A program made the translations under genes and the position numbers. From Cyanophora paradoxa CCMP329 (taxonomy: Eukaryota; Plantae; Glaucophyta): a stretch of DNA of 64,000 bases. The stretch is taken from positions 1 through 64,000 of the forward strand of contig QPMI01000056.1 of NCBI GenBank assembly GCA_004431415.1. Direction: 5' to 3'. The notes beneath the pieces were generated by a model that saw only the letters and a program-made list of their open reading frames with translations, searched no databases and was not told the origin of the DNA. Each line of letters starts with the position of its first letter. The stretch's first letter is position 1. Shown here piece after piece: positions 13,101-23,510 of the stretch.

Positions 13101-13138
13101 ATGTGGAGGTCTTTGAACTCGTCGGCGGCTTCCTGCAC
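7155..13138 (-). CDS. Large multi-exon protein (possibly two genes) with an N-terminal F-box-like domain; remainder unrecognised; frameshifted
   Basis: The N-terminus RLPYELIEKILQHLGLEDAFASRIFAVSKRLLSLIGKLHW is F-box-like. Protein-like exons bounded by GT..AG continue down-strand (RPEWELAEAA, EPLIEPEALSEELGK, VEDVALLGCAKGSVIIMLRL, RQFQVDKHYTFLDVDKWD, NKILSMHTLFETLEPER*). Continuity as one gene is not proven. Confidence 0.5.
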
Positions 13139-14015
13139 GCCGTGCAGGTGAAATTCCGTCAGGTTTTCAACCTTTCACGGGCGCATGCGCAAGTTCGACC
13201 GGCGCGCACGCGTTCTGCATTCAGCGCAACCGCCGGCGAATCCTCCGCAGCGGTCGACATCGAAGCTCAATTGCAAGGTCTGTGGTACGGGCGCACGTCG
13301 ACGTCACGGTACTGATATCGATTCCGCCGCGGCCGGGCCGGGCTATCGGACGCGTGGGGGCGGTAACGTACTACTGCAAATAGATCGCGTGCGTATGCGT
13401 ATGCAACAAGATCCACGTCGCCGCACGTCGCGGAGGCGGGCAAGTCCGATGTTGGCCCACCGTGGCACCTCGGGCTCGAGCTCCTGGGCTCGCTATAGCC
13501 GAGGAATCGCGCGGCTGCGCTTTGCTCTAGCTATAGGTCTATCGGCCGTTGGACGCTTGCGCTATGTGCCGGCGGGCCGGGCATGCGCACCGGTCCGCAC
13601 CACCGGCCTCGTGCGCGAGTCCCCGAATCGAAACGCCAGAGCCGGGAGGGCCTGCGATCCGGTGTATTGCTAAATTTCGTGCTAGAATCGCCCACGAAAC
13701 TTCGGCTGTGAGGCAAACACGCACTGCGGCGCGTGTTGCAATTGGCGGGGATGGGGTACACACACACACACAGCTCTTTGGCCCAGTGGAAGTTACCGTG
13801 CACCGTACATGGACGCTTGTCGCACGTGCATATGCATGCAGCCTAAAACTACGAGTACGATATAGTCGAAGCGCGCGCGAGTAGAGCGGGCCCGCAGCCG
13901 GAGACCAGGACGCGCCCGCCCGATCGACGAGCCATGCCACCGCGGACAAGGTACTCGCCAACTCGTGTAAGGCTTTGAGACATAAGAAAGTCGACAAATA
14001 AAAGGAAAAAGCTAA

Positions 14016-15766
14016 CTATGCTTCTAACTCAGTAAGGCCGCCTAGACTACCTGCTCCCCAGCGAAAGAAAGGCCGAGGCGCTCGGCGAGGGAAACGCCGC
14101 CCCTCACAATCCACCGCCTCGTCTCCGGCGGCAAGAGAACGTCGGCCTCGGGCGGCCACCCCGCCGCCGCCGCCGCCGCCGCCGCCGTGGGGACGCCAAG
14201 CCGCTCGGCGAGCGGAATCCCGCCCCGAACGAGGCGCGGCGCCTCCGGCGACGAGCGAGGGTCGTCCTCGGACGCCGCCTCCGAGAAGCAGGTCTCCGCC
14301 TCGACGGCCGCGGGCCCAGGGTCGGCGGATCGCCGGCGGGGACGTCGATCTCCACGGGCTCCGCGGCCGGCCGGCGCCCGCCCGACTTCGTCGTTTTCTT
14401 CTTCTTCTTCTTGCTCTTCTTCTTGCCATTCTTCTTCCTCCTCCTCGTGTTAAAGAGGGCGTCGCTGCGGCGGCGGCGGCGGATTCTGGGTGGCTTCAGC
14501 CACCACGCGCCGCCGGGGCCCGGCTCGAACGGCTCGAGCACGGCGTCCGGATGCGCATCCGCCGCCCCCGTCCGCGAGCCGGGCTCGCGCATGACCCAGA
14601 CCTGGGGCCGCTTGAGCTCCCGGGCCTCCACCCGCTTCGTGTGCGCCGACTTCGGGACCAGCTCGCGCGTCGGGAACTGGCAGAGCGTGTAGCTCTCGAG
14701 CTGGCGCAAGAGCTCGGGGAAGAAGCCATGTCCTGCGAGAGAAAGGTAAGATGAGGCCAAAAGGCGCCGGGCGCGCGGGCACACCGTAGCTGGAGACGAT
14801 GACCTGCGCGGGGGCGGGAACGGGGCGCACGTCCGCGGTCAGCGGCGGATGGCGCACGAGCGCGGCGGGACGGCGCCTGCAGAGCGCGAGACCGCGCACC
14901 TCCTGCTCGTGGTAGATCGCCACCGAGGCGCAGCAGCTGACGGTCTTCTTCGTGGTGTTGGCCGAGAAGTACGCATTCGCCCGCGATGGATCGGGATGCG
15001 CTGCGTTTATGAACCGGCCCAGAAAGTTCTCCAGCGCGCCGTGGACGTACGTGTCCTTGTCGATCATGTAGCAGTACCTGCAGGCCGGCGCGTCAGCGCC
15101 GGCGCCGGCGCGGCGAGGCGCTCCAACGCACAGCCATTCGCCCGTTTTCTGTATCTGCTCGATCTCGTACGGCTCAGGACTCCTCATCAAGATCCTGCGG
15201 GGGCGGCGGTCGGCGAGCAGCGCGCGACGGGCGGCGGACCGGCGCCGGCGCGCTGGGCACCCGTCGTAGAAAGTGATAAAGACCCGGGTGTTCGGGCCGA
15301 AGACCTCGACTTCTTCGGGGAGCTTCCCGAGCTCGGCGGCGGCCGCCAGCGCCTCGGGCTGCGCCACCGCGAACAGCCCCTCGCCTTTGCAGACGGTGGA
15401 CGGGCCGATGCGGAACTGATCGAACGTTAGAAGAAGGAAAACGAGGGGAAACCGTCGCGAGAACGGCCCCGACGCGCACCCCAGCCTCCGCAGGTGCTCC
15501 ACGCAGAACGGTGTCTTCCTCGTGGAGGCCAAGCACCCATCCCACCGGCACCGGCGCGGGCGCGTCGCGCGGGCTAGCCGCCTCCGGAGCGTTTCGAGCT
15601 GGCCGCGGTCGGCCTTCCGGAGGCGCTGAAGAAAGAGCTCGGTGGCCGTCCTAGGGTCCTGGGGCTCTTCGGCGGCCGCGGAATCCGCATCGAGAGGATG
15701 CGGACCGCAGCCGATCATCCACGGCGTCACTCGGTCCCATCCCTCGCCCTGCGGCTGCGTTGGCAT
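14016..15766 (-). CDS. SET-domain protein lysine methyltransferase with an N-terminal Cys/His finger and a Lys-rich C-terminal tail
   Basis: Spliced reading gives CRWDGC…FCVEHL, then RIGPSTVCKGEGLFA (SET motif I), F..NTRVFITFYDG, YCYMID…LGRFINAAHP…ANAYF, and IYHEQE|VIVSSYG (SET C-terminal motif). The tail contains RRRKKNGKKKSKKKKKK. Confidence 0.85.
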
Positions 15767-15845
15767 CGCCGACGGCGCCGTACCCTTCCGACCCGTACCC
15801 GGTGAGCACCGGAAGCGTCGCCCGGCGCGTCTATCGAACGCGGCT

Positions 15846-18450
15846 ATGGCATTTGACTACTGGGGAATCAACTTGGGCGTCCCAACGTCCGTTCTGGGCA
15901 TCTCGACGCCCATCGCCGATCTGACCGATGACGAAGTCGAGGATGCATTCCGGCGAACGATGAGCAGCCTCAAAGACCCTGCCGCGCTTCAGGTGCGCCC
16001 CCCGCGCGTCGCCCGCGCGCCCTCCGCGGTCACCTGCGCATGCGCCCGGCCTGACCGCGCGCCGCTGGCCACGGGCCGACTTGCGCAGGGCCCAAACTTC
16101 CGCCCGGATCCGCAGCAGCTGAATGAATGGTTTTCGACGCTTCGGCAAGCCGCCACGTTCGGTGCGGGCCCGGCCCGCCCCCGCGCTCCCGCCGGCGCCT
16201 CGGCGGATCCCGCGGCTCAATCGTGCTCGCGCCGCCGCGCGCAGCATACCGGGTGCTGATATCGCCGGCCGTTCGCGCCGAGATGGCCAAGCACGGCCCG
16301 CGCACGCGCCTCGTCGCGGACATCAACCACCTGGCCGCCGAGACGCCCGAAGCCGTTTGCGAGGGCTGCGGCGTCGACGAGAGGACGAGCGAGCCCCGGC
16401 ACGTCTTCCGGAGACGGCGTACATCCAGAGATGCCGGAAGAGCGACGCGACCGTGTTGACGGCCACCGTGCTGGGGAACGCCGGCCCGCTGTGCGTTCCG
16501 CGCGCCGCTCTCGGGCCGACCGGCGTCCACCTGGAGAACGCGCCCTCGAGGCAAGCGGTCCGCCTCCGTCGCCCCGCCGCGACGCCCCCCGCCGCCGCCG
16601 ACCGCGAGCCTCGTCCCATCGTCCCGCCGCCTGCTGCGGCCCTCGCCTCGCCATCCGAGCCCCCCGCCGCGGCCTCTGGCGCCGCCGCCGCCGCACCCCG
16701 CACCCGCCGCTCGGCCTCCGCCGCCGCCGACCCAAAGAACCCGCCGTCACCTCCCTCGGGCGAAGAGGCGGAGCCCCCCGCACTCGCCCACGCCGAGCCG
16801 TCCGGGTGCGGACTCTTCCTTTGCGCCTACTTATACCTCGTTCCGAGGCGCGCGCAGCGAGATCAAAGTCGGGAAGACCGCGTTCCGCGAACGCACGAGC
16901 CTCAACCAGCTGCGCTCCAAGCTGGGCCTCCCGCAGGTGCCGCCGCGCGTGGCGCTCGCCGAATTTCAGCTGGAGACGGCTCGCGAGTGCGCGAAACGGG
17001 GCATCGACATCTCGCACTGGTCCGCGGCCCCGCCGGCCCCTTGTCCTTTTGCAAATCACGACCGTGCCCGCGCGCAGCCAAAACGCTCCGAAACTGCTGC
17101 CCGAAGGCGAGACGGCGCCGCCGGCAGAGGGCGACGGGTCTCCGAACTCGAAGCCGCCGGCGCCCGACAACGCTTCCAAACGGCCCAAGTGCGTGGGGGG
17201 CGGTTGCATCCTCTGCGCGAGTCCGCCGTGATCGCTACCGCAGGCGAAAGGCCGCCGAAATCGGCGCTTCGAGCAGCTCGTCGCCCGAGGAAGCCCCCGC
17301 GCCGTGCGCCCGCCCTTTTTCCGGACCGCCGCGCCGCCGGAGCTCGCGCTGACGTATCGTCCGAGCAGGAAACCGCTCGAGGACCGCAAGGAGTCCGATG
17401 AGACCGAGTCGCTCTGGACGTCGATCAAGGAGGAGGACGTCGTCGACCCGGCCGCCGCGTGCGAGATCTTTCGAACGAAACCTCGCCCAATATAGATGCT
17501 CGGCGCTGATGCGGGCTTTTTCAGGAAGACGGAGTGGGAGTCTTCGTCGTTCTTCCAGAAGAGCAGAGCGGCGCTGATCAAGTTCCTCCGGAAGCACTTT
17601 CCCACAACGGAACGACTCGCGGTGCTCAACCAGCTCTCCCTCGAAGGGATCAGGGCCCTCGTCGTTCTTCTGGCCCGCCGGCTTGGCTTCCCCGAGATCG
17701 ATGCGTGCGTCTCGGGGGCTTTGGGATCTCCCCCCGGGCGCCGCCGACGCATAGTCCGCAGCGAAAATCAAGTCGGGTCGAAGTTCTGGACGACTTCGGA
17801 AAGGACCGACGACGTCCTCGCCGATATGATGTGCGTTTTAGCTCCGCTGTGCCGGAACGTTCTCACGGGCCTCGTTTTGCATATATTCGCAGAAAGAATG
17901 CCATCGCGAAAGCGCAGGAGCAGGCGGTGGCCAGCATCAAGAAGGAACCCGGCATCACGCAGCCGGCGGAGCCGGGGCCCGGCGAGGAGCGCAAGGAGGA
18001 CGGCCCGCCCGCAACACCCGCGGCGTCCACATCTCCGCCAAAAGCTGCAGCGTGAGCGCGCCGTGCGGGGCTCTCCCACTCCGCCGCTTTCCGTCCAACC
18101 CGCGTTTCTTTGCGCGGCAGGTCCACGCCGAAGAGCAACGCCGGCGCCGGCGCCTCGGGCGAGAAGGATGAACAAGGCCCCCCGGGTCCGCAGCGCCCTT
18201 CCCTCTCCCGACCCTCCCGCTGCCCCAGGCGCCACCTGGCGATCCTTTGTGCCGACAGAGCGCCCCTCGAAACGCGTGGTTTCTGAGGTGGAGGAGGCCC
18301 TGCTGCGGAGAATTGAGGTCGGCGTTTCCCCGGCCCCACCGTTTTAACGTCATTTTAACGTGAATCCAGGCGGAGACAAACCCGGAGAAGAAGCGGAAAC
18401 TCGAGACCTTGCTCGAACAGACGCGAGAGATGGAGACAGGCAAGGAATAG
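15846..18450 (+). CDS. Multi-exon protein with an N-terminal J-domain-like (DnaJ-like) region carrying RPD in place of HPD
   Basis: ATG 15846. Spliced N-terminus SVLGISTPIADLTDDEVEDAFRRTMSSLKDPAALQ|GPNFRPDPQQLNEWFSTLRQAATF|AYRVLISPAVRAEM follows the J-domain pattern (VLG…E…AF/YR…xPD…F..L..AY.VL..P..R). Last exon AETNPEKKRKLE…GKE, TAG 18448-18450. Could be two genes. Confidence 0.55.
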
Positions 18451-18592
18451 ACCCCGCTCGCGGGCGTATCCGCCGCGGAAGCAGAATAGAGCGCGCGCGC
18501 GCTCGCGTGGCGGGGGGCGGACTGGATGCGGATGCTCTAGATCCGGTCCGCCTCCCCGCGCCCCAGCCACATTCGAGCTGTCGTAATTATTA

Positions 18593-20809
18593 ATGATGAC
18601 CGCCAGCCGACCGCTCGGGCCGAAAGCTGCTTGGGGGGGGGGTGGGGGTCGCGAGGGGCGCCGGCGGGGGACTGGGGGCTACGGGCGGGGCCGAGGCCGC
18701 CTTGTGCACGCCATATTCGCGACCGCTGAGGGCTCTGGACGGATTCCGAACCGAACTTTCTCCTCGCGATCGCTCGAGCGCGCAGATCGTCTGGTGTCCT
18801 CGGCGTCCGGGGCAAGGTCCGAGTACTGCTTCGGACGGCCCGGCCGGTCCGTGTACTCGACCGGTCCGCACCCTCGCCCCCTCCCCCTCGCGCCCGGGCC
18901 CCTGACGGGCGCCCGCAGAACCCTTCAGGTGCGCCGAGCTCGTCGCGACGAGGCGGTACGGTTACCGTTCCTACGGTCCCGTCCGCTGGAGGGGTCAGAT
19001 CCTGCACGTGCGCTCCGGGCCCGCGCGGGGCGCCCTCCTCCATGCGCGCCCGCCCCGACGGCCCCGCCCGCAGCTCCCGTTCGGCATCGTCCCCGAGGGC
19101 ATGACGGGCCCGCCGGGCCGGATGGCGGAGCACTTTGGCTCGAAGCTGGGGCTGAGCCCGCCGCCCGTTGACCTGCTCGCCCTCCGCGCGATCGAGGGGG
19201 CCCTGCTCGGGCGCCCGCACGGCCCGCCGCACGCCTCGGCGCTGGCGGCGTGGGCCACGTCCCCCGAGCGGCACGTCGCGCTCCCCTGCAACCTCCTCGG
19301 GGGCGGCGTCGACTCGCGTTACATCCGGAGGCAGCGGGCCGAGGTGCCGCCGCCGCCCCCGCCCCGCGCCGCCCTCTCACGCGCGCGCCGCAGGGCAAGT
19401 TCGCCGCCTACGTCGCGCCGCTCCCGCCGGGCTGCTCCACGGAGGACGAGGCGCGGCACGACTACGTCCTGGACCGCGGGGCGCAGACGTGCATCTCCCT
19501 GAGCGGCGTCCTCGCCGCCGTCCACCTTCCCGGCCTCTTCCGCGAGGGCGCCGGGATCGAGCGGGTCGCCGCCGCCGTCGCCTGCGCCTCCACGGCCTTC
19601 AACTTTTCCGTCCGCCGCAGCACCATGTACAGCGAGGCCCGGGTGCGGGCCGCCGTCCTCTTTCCGCCCGCGGCCGCGACGTGAACGCCGAGGCAGGACA
19701 AGAAGCTGCTCGACGAGGCGCGCGCGGCGGCCGAGGCGGCGCTCCGGACGGGACGGCTCGACGTGATGCGGGAGAAGCTCGCCGGGCGACCCGGGGGCAA
19801 GAGGAAGGCGCCCGCGCCGCCCCCGCGCCTCGCAGCGGCGCGCCCGCCGCGGAGGGCTGCCGCGGGCAAGGCCGATAAATCGAAAAAGCGCGGGCCGCGG
19901 ATCGCCACCGGCTTCCAACGAACCCAGGGCGCGTCTGTCCCGATTCCGGTCCGCGGCCCGCGCCCCGCCCCGGCCGCCCGCGCGGGCGAGCCGACCCGCT
20001 CTCCCGCGCGCAGATCTCTCTCAACCCGCAGTACGGCTCGGACACGAACGCGAACCGGCGGCTGCACCTCGCGAACGGGTACTTTGCCGGTGTGCTCGAG
20101 TACCTGTTCCCGGCCCTCTGCGCCTTTGACGTCAAGGCCGGCTGCGACATGGCGGAGATCGCGCTTCGCCTTCTCGATCGGCAACCGTACAATTACGGTC
20201 CGCCATCGCGCGCCGTCCCGCCCTCTCGGGCCCGACGCGGGTTGCGGGCGCGCAGGGTTCTGGTCGATGCAATGGATGAATCCGCCGGAAACGCGAGCTC
20301 GTTTTAAAAATAACCCACCTTTGGATGCCGACACTTTTTCTCCAGGATCGCGACGTCCCACCGGGACAAGAACGACGCGCAAGAGGCCTACGCCGCTCTC
20401 GTCTACTTTCACCCCGACGGCGCCCGGGACCGGCGGCTGCATCGTCTCCGTTTCCCCACCCTCGGCATCTCGCTCGACGTGCGACACGGGGACGTCGTCT
20501 TTATCCGGGTGAGCGCCCCGGGGCCCCCGCCGGCTCTCTGCCCCCGTCTTCCCGGCCGACGACGACCCGATGCGCCTCCAGGGGCACCTGCTCGAGCACG
20601 AGGTCGTGGTGGACGGGGAGACGGATCCCAGGTTCGATGCTTTGGCGGGCGCCCCCCCCCGGCCGCCCTGATCCCGCTACCGCACGCGCAGGTATTGCAT
20701 CGTGTTTACCCTCGGCAAGGACCTCAAAGTCGACGCCGATCCCGCCGGCGAGGCGAGAAAGGGTGTGTCTGCCTCGTCCGACAGCGACTCTTCGAATTCG
20801 GAAGGCTAG
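18593..20809 (+). CDS. TET/JBP-family 2-oxoglutarate/Fe(II)-dependent dioxygenase (predicted nucleic-acid base oxidase)
   Basis: Spliced C-terminus: FWSMQWMNPPET|IATSHRDKNDAQEAYAALVYF…LRFPTLGISLDVRHGDVVFIR|GHLLEHEV…DP R|YCIVF…*. HxD starts at 20359, the distal His is at 20597, the 2OG-binding Arg spans a splice junction, and the stop is 20807-20809. Start position is approximate. Confidence 0.85.
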
Positions 20810-20889
20810 CTCCGCTGTGTAGTTTGACTTTTAAAAATGCAATAACATCAAAAATAATTAGCTTCAAGGATGGGAAGCTTGTGGCATGT

Positions 20890-21675
20890 CACTGATCATG
20901 ATCATGAGTCACTTTAACGTTTATAGCACGTATACTAGTTAAAATAATCATATCGATATCAACATGGCATGTCAATGAGTCACTAATTAATATAAGTAAT
21001 GATCGGATCATGATCGCTTGAGCTCGGCTGCATACAGCTGCAGCTGCAGCGTAGTATCATGATCATAATTATATAATCATGACTCAGTGAATTCGAAAGC
21101 CTTCAATTGAAGGCTTTATAAATAACTTAGTAAGGCATATAGATATCATAGTATCATGATCATAATCATGATACTATTAAAGCCTTCAAGGCTTCAAGGC
21201 CTTACTCAAATCATAGTATCATGATCATGATCATAATCATGAATCATGAAAGCCTTCAAGGCTTCAAGGCCTCAGTCATGTATATATTATGATAGATATC
21301 ATGCATGATCATAGTATCATGATCATGATCACGAAAATCTTCATGATCAAGGCCGGGCTAGAACTTTTGGAAGGCATTTTGTCATATAGGCAGACTTTTG
21401 GATATAGCTATCATAGTATCATGATCATGATAATCATCATGAATTCGAAAGCCTTCAAGGCTCCAAGACCTTGGGCCTAGCTATAGTACCTTATCATGAA
21501 AGCCTAATTATATATAAGTATACGCGTGCCGCAGTGCGTATGCAACCTATCATAGTATAAGCTTCAAAATTCGAATTCATGATACGTTACATGTACATGT
21601 ACATATCCGCGGCCGATGATCCGATGATCGATATCATGATATCGGTCATGATCATCAAAGTACTAGTACTAGTAC
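20890..21675. repeat. AT-rich low-complexity spacer built from ATCATGAT palindromes and AAGCCTTCAAGGC repeats
   Basis: Repeated TATCATAGTATCATGATCAT and GAAAGCCTTCAAGGCTTCAAGGCC blocks, with a sharp GC drop relative to both flanks. Confidence 0.85.
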
Positions 21676-21677
21676 TA

Positions 21678-22037
21678 CCCCGCACTAGGCCCGTAGTAGG
21701 TCCTTTGCGAGCGAGCTGTGGTGCAAACGTTTATTTCGACAGACGGAGAGGGTTGGGAACTTAGCCCGCCCCCGCCGCCGCGCCCCGCCCTCGAGGTAAG
21801 ATTGCGCTCTTCGGCTCGTTCGAAAAGTGTCTTAGGCGGACGGTCCCGACGGACGGGCCGGCGGGAGCGCAGTGCCGCCGGGCCGCAGCGCTCGTCTGCC
21901 GCCCCCCTCCCCCGCGCCCGAAGGCCCCGCACTAGGTCCTTTGCGAGCGAGCTGTGGTGCAAACGTTTATTTCGACAGACGGAGAGGGTTGGGAACTTAG
22001 CCCGGCCCCCGCCGCCGCGCCCAGCCCTTGAGGTACG
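21678..22037. repeat. Direct repeat, ~236-bp period (~1.5 copies)
   Basis: TCCTTTGCGAGCGAGCTGTGGTGCAAACGTTTATTTCGACAGACGGAGAGGGTTGGGAACTTAGCCC occurs at 21701 and 21937. Confidence 0.9.
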
Positions 22038-23510
22038 AGGTGATCGTAGCCGGCGGCGATGAAAGACTCGTGCACCAGGGCCCTGCGAGGGCCCGGGCGC
22101 GGGCTGGGGGCCCCGGATCCGCGGGACCGCCCGGCGGCGCGAGGCAGGAGGCGCACCTGTACGCGAGACGGGCCCCGCGGGTGCCGGGCGTCCCTCTAGC
22201 GGCCCGCGGGAGCGCTGCGCGCGGGGCACTCGTTAGCTCGGGCGGATTCCGGGAGGGCGGGCGGGCCCGCCGTCGGCCGACGGTACAGCTTTGCACCTGG
22301 GGTCGGCACGTCGCACTCTTGCGCAGCGCTGCTCGTCGGCGGCGACATCCTGCAGCCGGGCGCGGCGCGGGCCGGGGATGCCGCGCGCGCGAGGCGGACT
22401 AGGCGCCGCGGACGACGGCGATGGCCAGCGATCCCTCCGTGCAATCTCTGCCCCAAGAGAGCATAGCTAAGCATCTACGGGGCGCGCGGCGGGGCGGGGG
22501 CGGGAGCGCACCACTTGCGCGGGGCCGGGTCTCGGCCTAGGCCCGCCGGACCGCGACCACGGGCGTGAAAGAGGTTCCCGGGCCCCACCACGACCCGCGG
22601 GAGGCCTCCTTGCACGCCGCCGGGCCGGCCACGCCGCTCGATCGATCCGAGCAGAGACGGGCGGCCCACCGGCACCGCCCCCGACTCGGGAGGGAGCTAA
22701 AGAGCGCGGAGCCGCACGGGCGGCGCGGCAGACGGCGCGCGCGGGTCGCGAGGTCCTGGGGCGCCCTGCGGACGGGTGAGCGACGGCAGACGCTTAGAAC
22801 CGATTGCCGTACGAACCCCGGTTGCATTGGGCGCAAACTTAACGAGAATTTACGCGGCGCCGCTCGCCCCGCAGAGTTTAGTATGTACCCCCTCGACGGA
22901 GGCTGCCGCGGAGCGAGGCGAGCGGCGCTCGGATGCGGCCCCCGCGCGGCGTCGAGGGACTAGAAATCGTGCGCTACGCCGTACTTGCGAGCGCTGGAGC
23001 GCTCCGCGCGCGCGTTTCGGTGCGCGAGGGGCGCGGATCAAATTGCTCTCTTCCGCGGACGGCGCGACGTAGCGCGAGCCCGTGCAGCCGGAGAGGTCCA
23101 AAACCGGGATCCATACCGTGGGATCACTAGCAGCTCGTCGCCCACGCGCGCGCGGGGCCGCGCCGGGCGACCAGGCGCACTCCACCACGGGACCCTCTGA
23201 GAGGCCGAGACGCCCGATCGCGGGCCGACGAGCGGCTCCATAAGGTGGGGCGTGCACTACGATACCGCACGCCGCCGCGCCGGGCCGGACGGCGCCGGGT
23301 CGGTCCGCACTAGGTCCCGGGCCCCGGGTTCGGGGCATCGGCCTGACGGTGCCGCGCGGTACCGGCCCACGAATACGATAGCGTGCACTCTACACGAGAG
23401 ATTCCGGGAGCGGGTACCGAGCCGAGCGCGTTTTCCTTCTAGCCAGGAGTCATTTTACCAGAGTATAACGCGATCGAGCTATATTGTTAGCCTAAGTACT
23501 TAGAGGCTAG

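Noticed and set aside
1747-20900. A KDZ/Plavaka transposase expected next to TET/JBP
   Set aside because: I found no CxC cluster with H..AH…C and GE..E..W motifs, and no DDE pattern, in my manual translations. Absence is not proven given the frameshifts.
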